Counted from the first letter of the whole stretch, positions 12,501 to 23,246 are shown. The stretch is DNA of 63,614 nucleotides, filler included, from Stramenopiles sp. TOSAG23-2 (GCA_900128395.1; 8 parts of 8 records of this genome joined end to end with filler, not necessarily neighbours in it), one strand, 5' to 3'. The notes: generated by a model from the sequence alone, not told the origin. Translations and numbers: made by a program.

Positions 12501-14508
12501 AAGAATCAAAATAAAGAATATGAAGTTTTTATTAATGTGCAAAACAAAGAAGTAGAAGATATACATGTAAAACATAAAAAACAGATTGAAGAACAAGAAC
12601 AAAAATATGAAGAACAAATCGAAGAGTTTCATGAACATATAAATAAATTGATGTTAAAAGAAGATGCGGCAGAAAAAGAGAAACAACTTCAAGAGGCGAA
12701 GAATATCAAAAACAATAAAAAAGATGAAGAAACATCAGCTGCAATTACACAAGAATTGCAATTTACTATTAAAACGTTAGAAAAAGAACTTCAAGCGCGG
12801 CGCAATGCTACTACAACACAGATGGAAGATTTCAAAGCATTGAGTATAGAAAACGAAGCACATAAACAAGATATTTTACATTTACACTCACAAATACGTA
12901 TGTTTGCAATTAAAAATAAAAAATTAGAAAATGATTTAAGTGAAACAAAGGATGATGTTCATACTTCACAAGATAAATTATATGAAGAAATTAATGAGTT
13001 GAAATTAGAAAATGGGAAATTAAGTAAGCGATTTAGTATAGAATTACATGAAAGTGAAGTAAAAGCAAAGGAGGCATTGGAAGAAAAAGAAGTTGCATTA
13101 ACTCGATTAAATAATTTCCATCAAAGTATGGAAAACAAGACAAATATTATAAATGATTTAAAACGTCAAATATTTGTATTGAACAATCCACTTACACCAT
13201 CCCCACGAAGTCCTAGATATGGCTTTAATAAACATGCAAAATATGTACAATGTACTATATTAACAGATGGTGATGATGCTCAAAGTGATATAAAATATAT
13301 CGATGATGAAGTGAAAGTGAAAGAAAATGATTTATCTGAATTGCCAGTATTATCATTAAATGAATTAAGTGCTTCATCCTCTAATAATAACAACAGCAAC
13401 AACAATAATAATAATAATAGTAACAGCAACGGGAATAGAAGTAATACGAGTCAACGACGTAATCTTGCCAGTATTATCATTAAATGAATTAAGTGCTTCA
13501 TCCTCTAATAATAACAACAGCAACAACAATAATAATAATAATAGTAACAGCAACGGGAATAGAAGTAATACGAGTCAACGACGTAATCAACAAGCATCTA
13601 ATAGTAATAGCAAAAACATTGCGAAAAAAAATAGAAAATTAAATTTCGCTGAATTGTTAAATGAATCGATGAATAGTAGTAATAGTAGCAGTGCAAATAT
13701 TAGTTTATACAATTCACTTAAAAGCAATAGTGGTGGAACAAAAGATTCCTCTGGTTTAATATCATCCGCTTCTAGTAATAGATTAAATGAATCGATGAAT
13801 AGTAGTAATAGTAGCAGTGCAAATATTAGTTTATACAATTCACTTAAAAGCAATAGTGGTGGAACAAAAGATTCCTCTGGTTTAATATCATCCGCTTCTA
13901 GTAATAGACGTTCGGAACAAGTTTTACGTAAAAAAATTAAAAAATTACAAAGTGATTTATCAATATTGAAATATAATAAAAAAGAACATGAAGAGGTAAA
14001 AGCAATGTTATTAGTAATGACGGATGAACATGCTAAATTACAAAAGAAATTAAAGATAGTTACAGATCGATCACAACATTCTAATCATTCGTTTTTATCA
14101 TCTTCACTTAAACGTAATATGAGAAATAAATCAAAGGGAGCCGATAGAAATAAGCAGAAATCTAGTAGTAATAGTAGTAATGATAATAAGATAATAATTA
14201 AAGATCTCCAAACAAAAAATGTTGTTTTAAATGACGAAATTAAACGTTTACGTGCAAAATTAATTTCAATGAAACAACGTACTAACAAAACTGATGCTGC
14301 TGCTGTAGTAAGAAGAACACCTGGTAAATTGAGTGTTTTAAATGACGAAATTAAACGTTTACGTGCAAAATTAATTTCAATGAAACAACGTACTAACAAA
14401 ACTGATGCTGCTGCTGTAGTAAGAAGAACACCTGGTAAATTGAGTATTGCAGAGAGAATGAAATTGAGGCGACGGGAGAAGGAGAAGCTGCAGAAACAGA
14501 AGCGATGA
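9569..14508 (+). CDS. Long coiled-coil protein with NudE/NDEL1-like N-terminus; a single ORF of about 1365 aa once seven exact tandem duplications are collapsed
   Basis: MSQSDPHVWEEKY..FDEFQVQSEEFEQELE..KLETSNDNYENKIR..EENIFLKNDLE resembles the NudE coiled coil (EFQEGSRELEAELE..ELEQANDDLERAKR..ERNAFLESEL). Duplication lengths 103, 104, 118 and 124 bp account exactly for the four frame changes between the listed ORFs. Confidence 0.7.
11405..11540 (+). repeat. Imperfect 33-bp coding tandem repeat (11-aa unit EHSTELSTLKE, about 4 copies)
   Basis: Units differ by substitutions (HST/HGT, E/D), unlike the exact duplications nearby. Confidence 0.85.
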
Positions 14509-14918
14509 GATATATAAAATGTTCTCTTACTCATATATTAGCTCATCATATATATATGAAATATGAAACGAGAGTATTTTTATGATAATTATATTGGTTA
14601 AAATCTAAGTTATAATAATTTTACACTTCTCGTGTTAAAGTAATATGCTCAATACTCAATCGCAAGAATAATATGCTATCCTACTATAATAAAGCTCTCT
14701 TAAATTTTATATATAAATCATTTTTGATTTGAGATGTTAATGAACGGGGGAGTAAAAGAAATTTATATATAATAGATGAGTAAGAGAACATTTTATATAT
14801 ATATACACACGTGAGTATTGAGCGTAGTATTTACCCACGGGAAGTAAAATTATTATAACTTATAAAGATTTTAAACATCATTATACACGCGTTATACGAA
14901 CGTATCATATGATTTATC

Positions 14919-17126
14919 TTATAATCGTTTCAATGCCTGTTTAAATTCTTCCTCGGTCAAGTTTGGATGCACTTTTTTTCCAGGCCTCCAACATTGATCC
15001 ATTTGTTGCTCTTCTTCAATTTGGGTTTCTAAAGTCTCCAATGCATTGGTCGCATAAGCATTATGTAGGTTGCTAGTTCTCTGAAATTGCATATATGTAA
15101 CTTGACGGAAATATGCATTTAAAAAGTTAAGCTGATCACCATTTATTGGTGATTTTTTTGTTTTAAAGCTGATTCTATAATCCGAAAAAGCACCACCCAT
15201 CGTAGATTTACCTTGACCAATCACTAGCAAATCGTCAGCCAATGTAAACGCATTTTTATTCACCAGTAAAACCATGGAGATCATCTCACACGCATCACGA
15301 TTTAAAAACAGCGAAAATTGTGTAACTTTTCCACCCTTACCAGAAGTGAACATGGTATCAAATTCATGCCATGACGCGCCGCTTGCCTGATCACGAAAGG
15401 GTTGAGAATAAACTTTAAGCGCCGCATTCGCTTGTTTTTTATTCATCCCTATATTTTTCTTTAGATATCGATCCAATGTTTTGTAAAAGCTCATTGCTTG
15501 ATGACTTTGTCCACCTGCATAGAAACGTTCCTCAGAAACATGTGTATGTACATTAATACTTTCTAATCCCCGTAAACGGAATCGATGTACCAATGTCTTA
15601 TAAGTGCTGGTACCAAACATGCTCATTATAGTCTTTATTGCTCCTACACCTTTGGACACTGCACCTAAAAAACTTGCAATACTAGTAAGTCCAGTGATGA
15701 ACAATTTTCTACCACGTATTAAGCGACGTTCACGACTATGATATTTTGGTTCCTCTTGTTCTTGTCGTTGTTGATTATAAAGAGCTACTAATGATCTTTC
15801 ATCAGATTCAGCCATTACATCATATCTTTCATCGTCCATTTCATCGAATGACATACTACCACCAGAAGCTTCATCTAAAATACTTTGAAGTTCTCCTTGG
15901 TTTACCGAGATTCGTAAGACTTTCTTTGGATTTTTTTTATGTAATATAACATTATAAAATTTTCCATTTGCTTCATTAAACCAAGCGCAAAATGTCTTGC
16001 TTCTGCAAATAATCTTTTGCTTACCAGCTGAATTACGCAAATTAATCTTCTTTACTGATTTGCATTTGAATCCACTCTTTCTCTTACAAATAGTTTTATA
16101 AACTTCTTTTTGACTTTGTGGCGAGCTGTAACTTGGATAACCACCATCGTCTGGATAACCACCATCGTCTGGATAACCACCATCGTCTGGATAACTACCA
16201 TCGCCATTACCTGGACCGAAACCTGGATCAATAGGTTGAGTCAATCCACCTGGTTGAGGTACGTTAAAAGCACTTGCATCAAATGCGTCGCTGCTCATGT
16301 CGTAAGTATGTTCATTCTTCATCATCATCTCCTCATCATGCCATTCATCTTTTGCCCAATCTGGCAAACCAGGGAAAGGTGGCAAATTTTCGCATTTGTC
16401 AGGTTTAGTAGCCATTCCAGCGAGTTCACGGCTCTCTTCAATAGCTTTAAATGCTGTCAATTGGAAATATTGACTTACAAACATTGCATCGCGTACAGTT
16501 AATGGCGCATCACGTAGTTCTTCTTTAAAATTGACATTATTAAATGCACCACCTAATCTCGATGTACTTGTCGTGATGACAAAGATATCTGGAGCAAGCT
16601 TGAAGTCAACATTTGCATGGGCAACTAGCATCTGCACCTCGTCACAATCGTCATAATCATTTGCAATTCTATGAAAAAAGAATTGGATAGTTTCACAATT
16701 TCCACCTTTACCAGTAGAGAATACAAGATCGTTTTCCACCCAAACAGACTCTTCTTTTGGCCTGTACAGAAAGTTTTTAACCATTTCATTAACTTGTTTT
16801 CCATATTTTCTTGGAAATTTGATTGCTCGAAGCTGTTGCTGAACAAAGTTTCTCATTTTTTTTGTGGGAAACTGCATAGTCCGCATTTTAAATTTTGCTT
16901 TAATATTATCAAATCCACGTTTTTCAAATGAATTTGTTAGCGATTCTGCACGCGAACTCCCAAGCATAGACAATACGTTACCAGCTAAATCTGCAGCACT
17001 ATTTCCAACTTTAAGAACTGCACCTATGCCTTCTAGCAAGTTCGCAAATGTAGCATTTGTCACTACTATTGTTGACATGCAATATATTAAAAATAATATG
17101 ACGTATTTAATATTTAATAATTTCAT
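14919..17126 (-). CDS. Secreted protein with two homologous ~210-aa domains and a YPDDGG-repeat linker; function unknown
   Basis: 735-aa ORF with a signal peptide. Internal homology: FSTGKGG..FFFHR..FKLAPDIFVI....SRLGGAF versus FTSGKGG..LFLNR..FTLADDLLVI....STMGGAF. Confidence 0.85.
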   Translation of the reverse strand: MKLLNIKYVILFLIYCMSTIVVTNATFANLLEGIGAVLKVGNSAADLAGNVLSMLGSSRAESLTNSFEKRGFDNIKAKFKMRTMQFPTKKMRNFVQQQLRAIKFPRKYGKQVNEMVKNFLYRPKEESVWVENDLVFSTGKGGNCETIQFFFHRIANDYDDCDEVQMLVAHANVDFKLAPDIFVITTSTSRLGGAFNNVNFKEELRDAPLTVRDAMFVSQYFQLTAFKAIEESRELAGMATKPDKCENLPPFPGLPDWAKDEWHDEEMMMKNEHTYDMSSDAFDASAFNVPQPGGLTQPIDPGFGPGNGDGSYPDDGGYPDDGGYPDDGGYPSYSSPQSQKEVYKTICKRKSGFKCKSVKKINLRNSAGKQKIICRSKTFCAWFNEANGKFYNVILHKKNPKKVLRISVNQGELQSILDEASGGSMSFDEMDDERYDVMAESDERSLVALYNQQRQEQEEPKYHSRERRLIRGRKLFITGLTSIASFLGAVSKGVGAIKTIMSMFGTSTYKTLVHRFRLRGLESINVHTHVSEERFYAGGQSHQAMSFYKTLDRYLKKNIGMNKKQANAALKVYSQPFRDQASGASWHEFDTMFTSGKGGKVTQFSLFLNRDACEMISMVLLVNKNAFTLADDLLVIGQGKSTMGGAFSDYRISFKTKKSPINGDQLNFLNAYFRQVTYMQFQRTSNLHNAYATNALETLETQIEEEQQMDQCWRPGKKVHPNLTEEEFKQALKRL

Positions 17127-17816
17127 TGTTATTGTTGTTCCTTTTTAATGTAATATTTATAAATGCTTTTACAACTATTTGAATGGATAATATAATAGTA
17201 ATAATGATAATAATATTATATATGTTGAAACAGTCGTCTCTTCTATCTTTTTAATTTTGTTTTCCTTTTTGTTTTCTTGGGTTTTTACAAAAGAAAGTTA
17301 TTATGTGTATAATAGTATACTACATTTTATTATAGTATTATAAGCTAGAGAGGATCTTTGTTTATGTTGCTGAAATTTAAAATAAAATCTAAAATATGTT
17401 GATATTACATTAGCACAGACATAGCATGTATATCCACATGCGATTATTTTACTCATTTTTTGATGATGTGCTGAAATGCTGAAATTAAAAAATTAGGTTT
17501 AAGGTTAAAGTTGAATTATATATATAGACGTTTTAGTTTGGAGAAGAGCAATGGCACAATGCAAGAAGAAAAATAGAAATAATTATATTTAATATTGGTT
17601 AAAATCTAAGTTACTGTATAATATTTTTACACTTCTCGTGTTAAAGTAATATGCTCAATACTCAATCGCAAGAATAATATGTTATCCTACTATAGTAANN
17701 NNNNNNNNNNNNNNNNNNNNNNNNNNNNNNNNNNNNNNNNNNTTAATTAATTAANNNNNNNNNNNNNNNNNNNNNNNNNNNNNNNNNNNNNNNNNNNNAA
17801 TGCTAAAATTTTTTCT

Positions 17817-19295
17817 AAATTAGGCAGGACTTTCCTGCCTAAATTCAAAGCATGAAGATAGCATTAGAACCCTAATATTAACTATACAATACCCTAAGAC
17901 TAACCTTATAACAAATGTAAAAAAAGAGGGCATCATGATTTATTTCGTCTGTAATAATTATATATATTATTATTATTATTATTGTAGACATAGATAGACA
18001 AATCGAGATAGACAGAGCGAAAGGAAGAAAGGAAGGAAACAAAAAGGAACCATGGTAAATGCAACAAAAAAAACAAGAACAAAGAAAAGAAAATCTCGTA
18101 ATACAAGGCAAATAACCAACAGAGCTGTTGTTCGAGCTAGAATCCTAACTTGGAAAAATACAGACGTTGGTGCTTCTAGCTTATACGGGTACACACGGAA
18201 AATTAAAGAATTTCATGAGTTTTGCACCAACAACGAACCGTCTGTTCTACTTACAGAGAGGCAAGCCAACACATTACAAAAAAAATTGAAGTTACCAGAT
18301 ACGAAAAAAATTGCATGCCAATTTAATCTTGCAAAGCTAAAGCTTAGCGGGTATGAGAGCCATAGTTGGTAATGCCAACAATGGTAAATACATTGCAAAA
18401 ACGACAAAAAGGTATAAATCAAAACCTGTAGCAGAATTGTCAATTTCCACAGTTCGGCGTAGGATGAGCCCATATGTTGTTACAAATGCTACTACTACTA
18501 CTACAGGTAGTAGTAGTGTTCCTGCTCCTAGTGCCTCTATTAATAATTGGACAACAAGGGCTAATGTACGTACACCAACAGGAGAACAACTAGGTGAAAT
18601 ACGTGCATATTTGGAGCAAGAGCGTAATGTAGATGTTAATGGAACTGGTCCGATGAGTGTTGATGATCCTGTTTTCCGTTTTTAAGTGTATGATATTTAT
18701 TTTTTATTTAGTGGAAGTAGCCATTAGAATATCCTATCACTTAATGACATTGTCGCGGTTTAGGTACAAACGTCCCTAAATGTCTTCGTATTATAAAGTG
18801 AATTTGTAGTATGTGCCAATGGACATAGGCTTTAAAACCATATTTATACTTAAAAAGGGAATTAGAATACTAAATATTTTTCTGAGAAAAATATTGACGA
18901 AAATTTGACTGTATTTGTGCATATATTTTGATTTATGTACATACATTGGTATTGGCGCGTTGTATGAAGAATGTCCATGATCGTACTATACTTCGAATTG
19001 CACTTCGTTCATAGTTTGAACATTTACCAACTCGCATAGTTTTTCATAACAATAAATAAAAAGATAAATCGGCTGAGGAGAGCCGTTCAAACTTATATGT
19101 ATTGTATAGAAATACAAAAAAATAATCAAACAGCACATGGCGTATATAGTTAGAGTTAGGGTTTTTAGATCATATTACCATACTAAATTCATAATTTATA
19201 TACTACCAAGTACACCGAAGGTGTACTTGGTGATATTCCCTTCTTATACCATCTTTTACCATCTGAATTTAGGCAGTGATTTTCCTGCCTAAATT
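17817..19295 (+). mobile_element. Putative internally deleted tyrosine-recombinase (Crypton-like) element bounded by related palindromic sites
   Basis: Palindromes TTAGGCAG-N7-CTGCCTAA (17820-17842) and AATTTAGGCAG-N8-CTGCCTAAATT (19266-19295) flank two overlapping broken ORFs (18052-18685). Confidence 0.5.
18052..18685 (+). pseudogene. Frameshifted or deleted remnant resembling the N- and C-termini of Crypton-type recombinase proteins
   Basis: SSLYGYTRKIKEFHEFC resembles the first helix of YR core-binding domains. KRYKSKPVAELSISTVRRRM resembles Crypton C-termini. Frame changes near 18353-18372. No R-H-R-Y catalytic region is present. Confidence 0.4.
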
Positions 19296-19750
19296 GTCCT
19301 CATTTTAAAATTATACTTAAACTGGTAATTAGAATACAATAATTATAAATATAAAAATAGCATTGAATATCACTGTTTTTACATACTAAGCTAAACGACT
19401 GCCCTGCAATCGATAAAAAAGAAAGGAAAGATATATGGAGGCTAATGTACAGTCTGAGAGATACATCAACAGTAGCAATTTGTTCATTGTAGATATAGTA
19501 GAGTTATCTATATCGGAACGTGCTTTCAATATGTTGTTTGGAGAGTTTGATGAGCAGCCCGGTATGATGAATGGTGAGGAGAAAAATCTAGTGGTGTAGA
19601 ATGCGTAGATCGGGATCCAATAGGCCTATTGATGGATAGAGAATTGACTCGTTTTCAGTTTAGTTGGTTTACAATGAGTCTTCCTTGGTACCAGGACTAA
19701 CATATAAGAGTTGGAGAGTTTTTGTATTTGACGTTTAAAATTTAAATTAT

Positions 19751-20137
19751 ATGTATTTTATTTCTCGACAAAAGTACAAAAGAAGCCATGATAATGCACG
19801 TGCTAACGGTTCTCACTCTAATGCATCAATAGTTCCATTCACAGTAGATACGCTGGGTAATTTTTGCTCAGTTGCTATTACCATTTTAAAAGCAGTCGCT
19901 AAAATCAAATTTGCAAAGATCTCGAACATAGCCGAAGTAAAGGAGCTTGCAGCTTCCAATTGGATTTCTACTACATGTAGGGATATACAAACTGCGATTA
20001 TTAAAACTTGCGCTTATAATAATCGTTTTGCTTCAAAATGTGCATTTGGTGAGTCGTATAATAAATTGTACCCCGGTACAATTTATTCTCCGCCTTCCTA
20101 TGATGTTCGTTTTTCATCAATTGCTACGAGTAGTTGA
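19751..20137 (+). mobile_element. 3' fragment of an RLE-type (CRE/R2-like) non-LTR retrotransposon ORF
   Basis: QKYK...IVPFTVDTLGNF..VAITILKAVA...RDIQTAIIK..A matches the K..KY...F.P...ET.G......L....SI.IQR.NA pattern of restriction-like endonuclease C-termini. Followed directly by dispersed repeat B. Confidence 0.65.
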
Positions 20138-20142
20138 TACCA

Positions 20143-20280
20143 TCTATTTACCTTCAATGGTATTCTCTATTATGGGAATATCAACACACTAGTGTGAGAT
20201 AGATTATTTCAATTATTGTATTCTTTTGAAGAGGAGTATAGGAATTATTATGAGTAAATTAAAAAATGAATTATGCGTAA
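20143..20280 (+). repeat. Dispersed repeat B (second copy at about 39434-39580)
   Basis: Shared TTTACCTTCA.TGG.ATTCTCTATTATG..GAATATCAACACACTAGTGTGAGATA..ATTCTTTTGAAGAG..AGGAATTAT.ATGAGTAAATT..AATTATGCGTA on two different contigs. Confidence 0.92.
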
Positions 20281-20716
20281 ACTTATTATATCATATATGC
20301 GTAAACTTAATTATTAATATATATTAAAACATGATAGAAAACAAATAAAAGAAAACACTTGATATATTTAACTTTTGTCCCGCACTCTAAACAAACACAA
20401 AAAATAAAATTCGTATGATACCAAAAGTTATTTTTCAACTTCAAAAATGATTAAATTTGTCGTGCTGATTGCAATATTCCAATATGCAATCATACTACTT
20501 CGTCAACACTCAAGTATTAATGAATCACGCCCAATTAGACCCACCCTCTTCGCAGATCCCAGAATTTAGTCGCGGTGAAGAAGTTCATGTCGATTCTGTT
20601 GCATATGAGTCCATGGACACTGATGGTCATTTCCATCCTATATCTGAATCGATGTATATGCATTTATGTTTATGTATTAAGAGGATCTTTTACTTCGACA
20701 ACCTCACCTTTTTCGA

Positions 20717-20911
20717 ATGAACCCGACGTCCAGCGCGTTCAACGAGAGCGCACGGAAGGATAGAAACCTACTCATGCTTGTAGACTATTAGTTTACAGAG
20801 ACGCATTAGAGCTTTACTATATAGTAGGATAGAATATTATTCTTGAGATTGAGTATTGAGCAATTATTACTTAGCACGGGAAGTAAAATTATTATAACTT
20901 GGATTTTAACC
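20717..20911 (+). repeat. Dispersed repeat A, long copy. Other copies: ~147-368 (+), 14596-14698 (-), 14812-14877 (+), 17597-17698 (-), 26529-26582 (+), 61797-61866 (+), partial ~49036-49068 (-)
   Basis: Consensus AGAGCTTTACTATAGTAGGATA.CATATTATTCTTGCGATTGAGTATTGAGCATATTACTTAGCACGGGAAGTAAAATTATTATAACTT.GATTTTAACC seen on five contigs. Two contigs terminate inside it. Confidence 0.95.
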
Positions 20912-20982
20912 GTCATTATTAAGAGAATTATTTTTAAAATATGATATTATAAACATTATCATATTCGTATGATACTATGATA

Positions 20983-22215
20983 TCATGCATAACACGACAA
21001 GACCTTTTTAGAATCCCCACAATATAACTCACCCTCCCTTAATACGTTTCCACATAAATTGTGTGTGATCCTTACGTATCCTCTATTATTAATATTGATT
21101 TGTGGTGAGCATTCACATAATTTATCACATTTTTGAAGGTTGTTCCATGCGGTTTCAAACCAAAATAAGTTATTTGCACATTTTCCATAATTTGATCTTT
21201 CATACGGAACAATATCTTTAATTGCTAATAGTTGAGATTGGCATATTTTAATTTTATCTTTACAATTTTGAAAATCGGGCATGGCTCCCCAATTAGAATC
21301 AAAAACTCTGCAAAATTTTATATCATCTTTATATTTCCGCCCCAACTGATCAAACCAAATACCAAGCGCAGCATCCTCCATCCACATTCTATGATCCAAT
21401 ATATCAAAATCTTTTGCTATGTAAAAAACTAAGTTAATACTCAGAACATGACCCCACCCAGAGGCAAAAAATGGTAAGAAATTATCATGTATTAAATGCG
21501 ATTTTAGCATACTAAATTCAATGTACCAAGGATTTGATTTATCCTGTTCCGGCTTTTGAAACCTAAAATCCCCCCACCACCATGCTACATTGTTAATATT
21601 AGGTTTGTTAAGAATATTAGTAGATAATTTATATGCGATTTCATTTAGATTCGGTAATGTATCATCATCCAGTTTCATTACACATGAATAAGTATTGAAA
21701 TTTTCGACTACAAATTTATAAAATTCTAACATTTTCATTGCGCTTGTCTTGTATGTATCGACCGTAGATAAAAAAATCATGTCCTTAAATCTATCATTTT
21801 CTTTTGAAATCTTAGAATTTAAAATGTTGCACTCGCGGGACTTACAAACAGAACTCCCAAGAATAAAAATTATGTCAAATTCAATCATTTCATTCTTATT
21901 CACGTTAGATAAAGCTTTTTTTATCCAAGTTTTTCTAGCCAATGCTCTTCTTTTGAAATTTCCTCTCCCACTTAATATACCTATTAAAATCTTTGCGCGT
22001 TTCAAGGGATTTACACCAATCTCATTTATATTTCGTTTTCCAGTGAAAGGGACCACACTCTGTGACAAATTTAGATGTTCTTGCAAATCAAGTGTGTTGA
22101 AAAATACTAACGCAGTTAATAATAACAAATAAATTATAATTAATTTCAAACCGCTTCTAGTTCTTATAAGCTTTCTATGCTTAGTAACCCATGTTGTTTT
22201 TTCTTTCCAATACAT
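20983..22215 (-). CDS. GT31 beta-1,3-glycosyltransferase (B3GALNT2/B3GALT-like), type II membrane protein
   Basis: N-terminal TM segment; ILIGILS...KRRALARKTW; MKLDDD (DxD); WWGDFR; FASGWGHVLS; EDAALGIW. Confidence 0.92.
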   Translation of the reverse strand: MYWKEKTTWVTKHRKLIRTRSGLKLIIIYLLLLTALVFFNTLDLQEHLNLSQSVVPFTGKRNINEIGVNPLKRAKILIGILSGRGNFKRRALARKTWIKKALSNVNKNEMIEFDIIFILGSSVCKSRECNILNSKISKENDRFKDMIFLSTVDTYKTSAMKMLEFYKFVVENFNTYSCVMKLDDDTLPNLNEIAYKLSTNILNKPNINNVAWWWGDFRFQKPEQDKSNPWYIEFSMLKSHLIHDNFLPFFASGWGHVLSINLVFYIAKDFDILDHRMWMEDAALGIWFDQLGRKYKDDIKFCRVFDSNWGAMPDFQNCKDKIKICQSQLLAIKDIVPYERSNYGKCANNLFWFETAWNNLQKCDKLCECSPQININNRGYVRITHNLCGNVLREGELYCGDSKKVLSCYA

Positions 22216-22880
22216 ATATCCAATTGACTAGTATACATGAGAGGTTAGTATTTACAAGTTCAAATGGAAAACATATCCATTTTGTGCTGGGTATTTTGGA
22301 AATTAAAATAATTTGAATATGAAATAATATTAATATATTATTATCATCACTGTCGTCCCAATGCCAATGTATCGATAATAGTTTGTAACCGAAGCTGTGA
22401 TGGTTTAATTTTAATAGTAAACAGTGTAAAATAGATTCCTGTTAGAAAAATAAACCGTATTACTAATAGTTTAATGTCAATTTCAATAGTAAACAGCTAT
22501 AAAGCGGACGGCAACAAACGGCGTTTTCCATTTTGCCAAAAAAATCACATCCGACGGATTCAATAGTCTAAAATCCAGGGTTGTAGCGTTTAGCCCGGCG
22601 GGATCTAAGGCCTTAGGCTGAAAAGCCGAGGCATTGGATAACAATAGTTAATTTATTTTATTATACCCTTACGCTCAGTATTCGTACTGTTTCCTTCCTA
22701 TATAAGCGATTAGCTTAAGGATACAGCAGAACTCTTCACATATATTATTTTGTTGTCGCCTAAGTTGCGCAACTATGCATATATTTGTGACTCGTTGTTA
22801 ATATATATAATATATATATATACATCCTTGCTTGATACCTATCTCGCTTTTTCCCTTTTTTTTCTTTCAGTTACCCCCCT

Positions 22881-23246
22881 CTAAAAACACACATCGTCGA
22901 TATGTATTAAGGAAGGGTAGGTACTGTGATGGTGGGTGGGAGAGATATTGTTACTAATCTTATCACTATCTTTTCTCTGCTTTTGATTAAATCGCTTGAC
23001 TTTTAGCTAGGCGTCAATGATTTCTTGCAGTGGATCTAAATTGCGAAACCTATATTGCTTAGGAATTTGATAAAAACCTGCATCCGTTTTAGTAAACAAC
23101 AACACTGCATCTACTTTGTGTTTTTTCCTGAAGTCGTGTATCATGCTCTCAACTAACGTGGATTTCCCAGACCTTCTGGGAGCAATGACACTAATAAATG
23201 CGTCTTGAGGAATACCCAAGACTTTATGAAGGAGTAGCTTCTTCAC
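22881..23246 (-). pseudogene. Decayed A32/FtsK-type viral DNA-packaging ATPase fragment (Polinton-like virus or virophage type)
   Basis: FISVIAPRRSGKST (Walker A) followed by AVLLFTKT..F.QIP..Y. In-frame TAG at 23007-23009, after which the frame continues LKVKRFNQKQRKDSDKISNNI..LIHIDDV (possible Walker B). Confidence 0.65.

Noticed and set aside
9590-13590. Programmed frameshifting or a multi-gene cluster in the overlapping coiled-coil ORFs
   Set aside because: Every frame change is explained exactly by the length of an exact tandem duplication.
17865-17910. Telomere-like CCCTAA / TTAGGG words near a contig start (also at ~19156)
   Set aside because: Only isolated units, with no tandem array.
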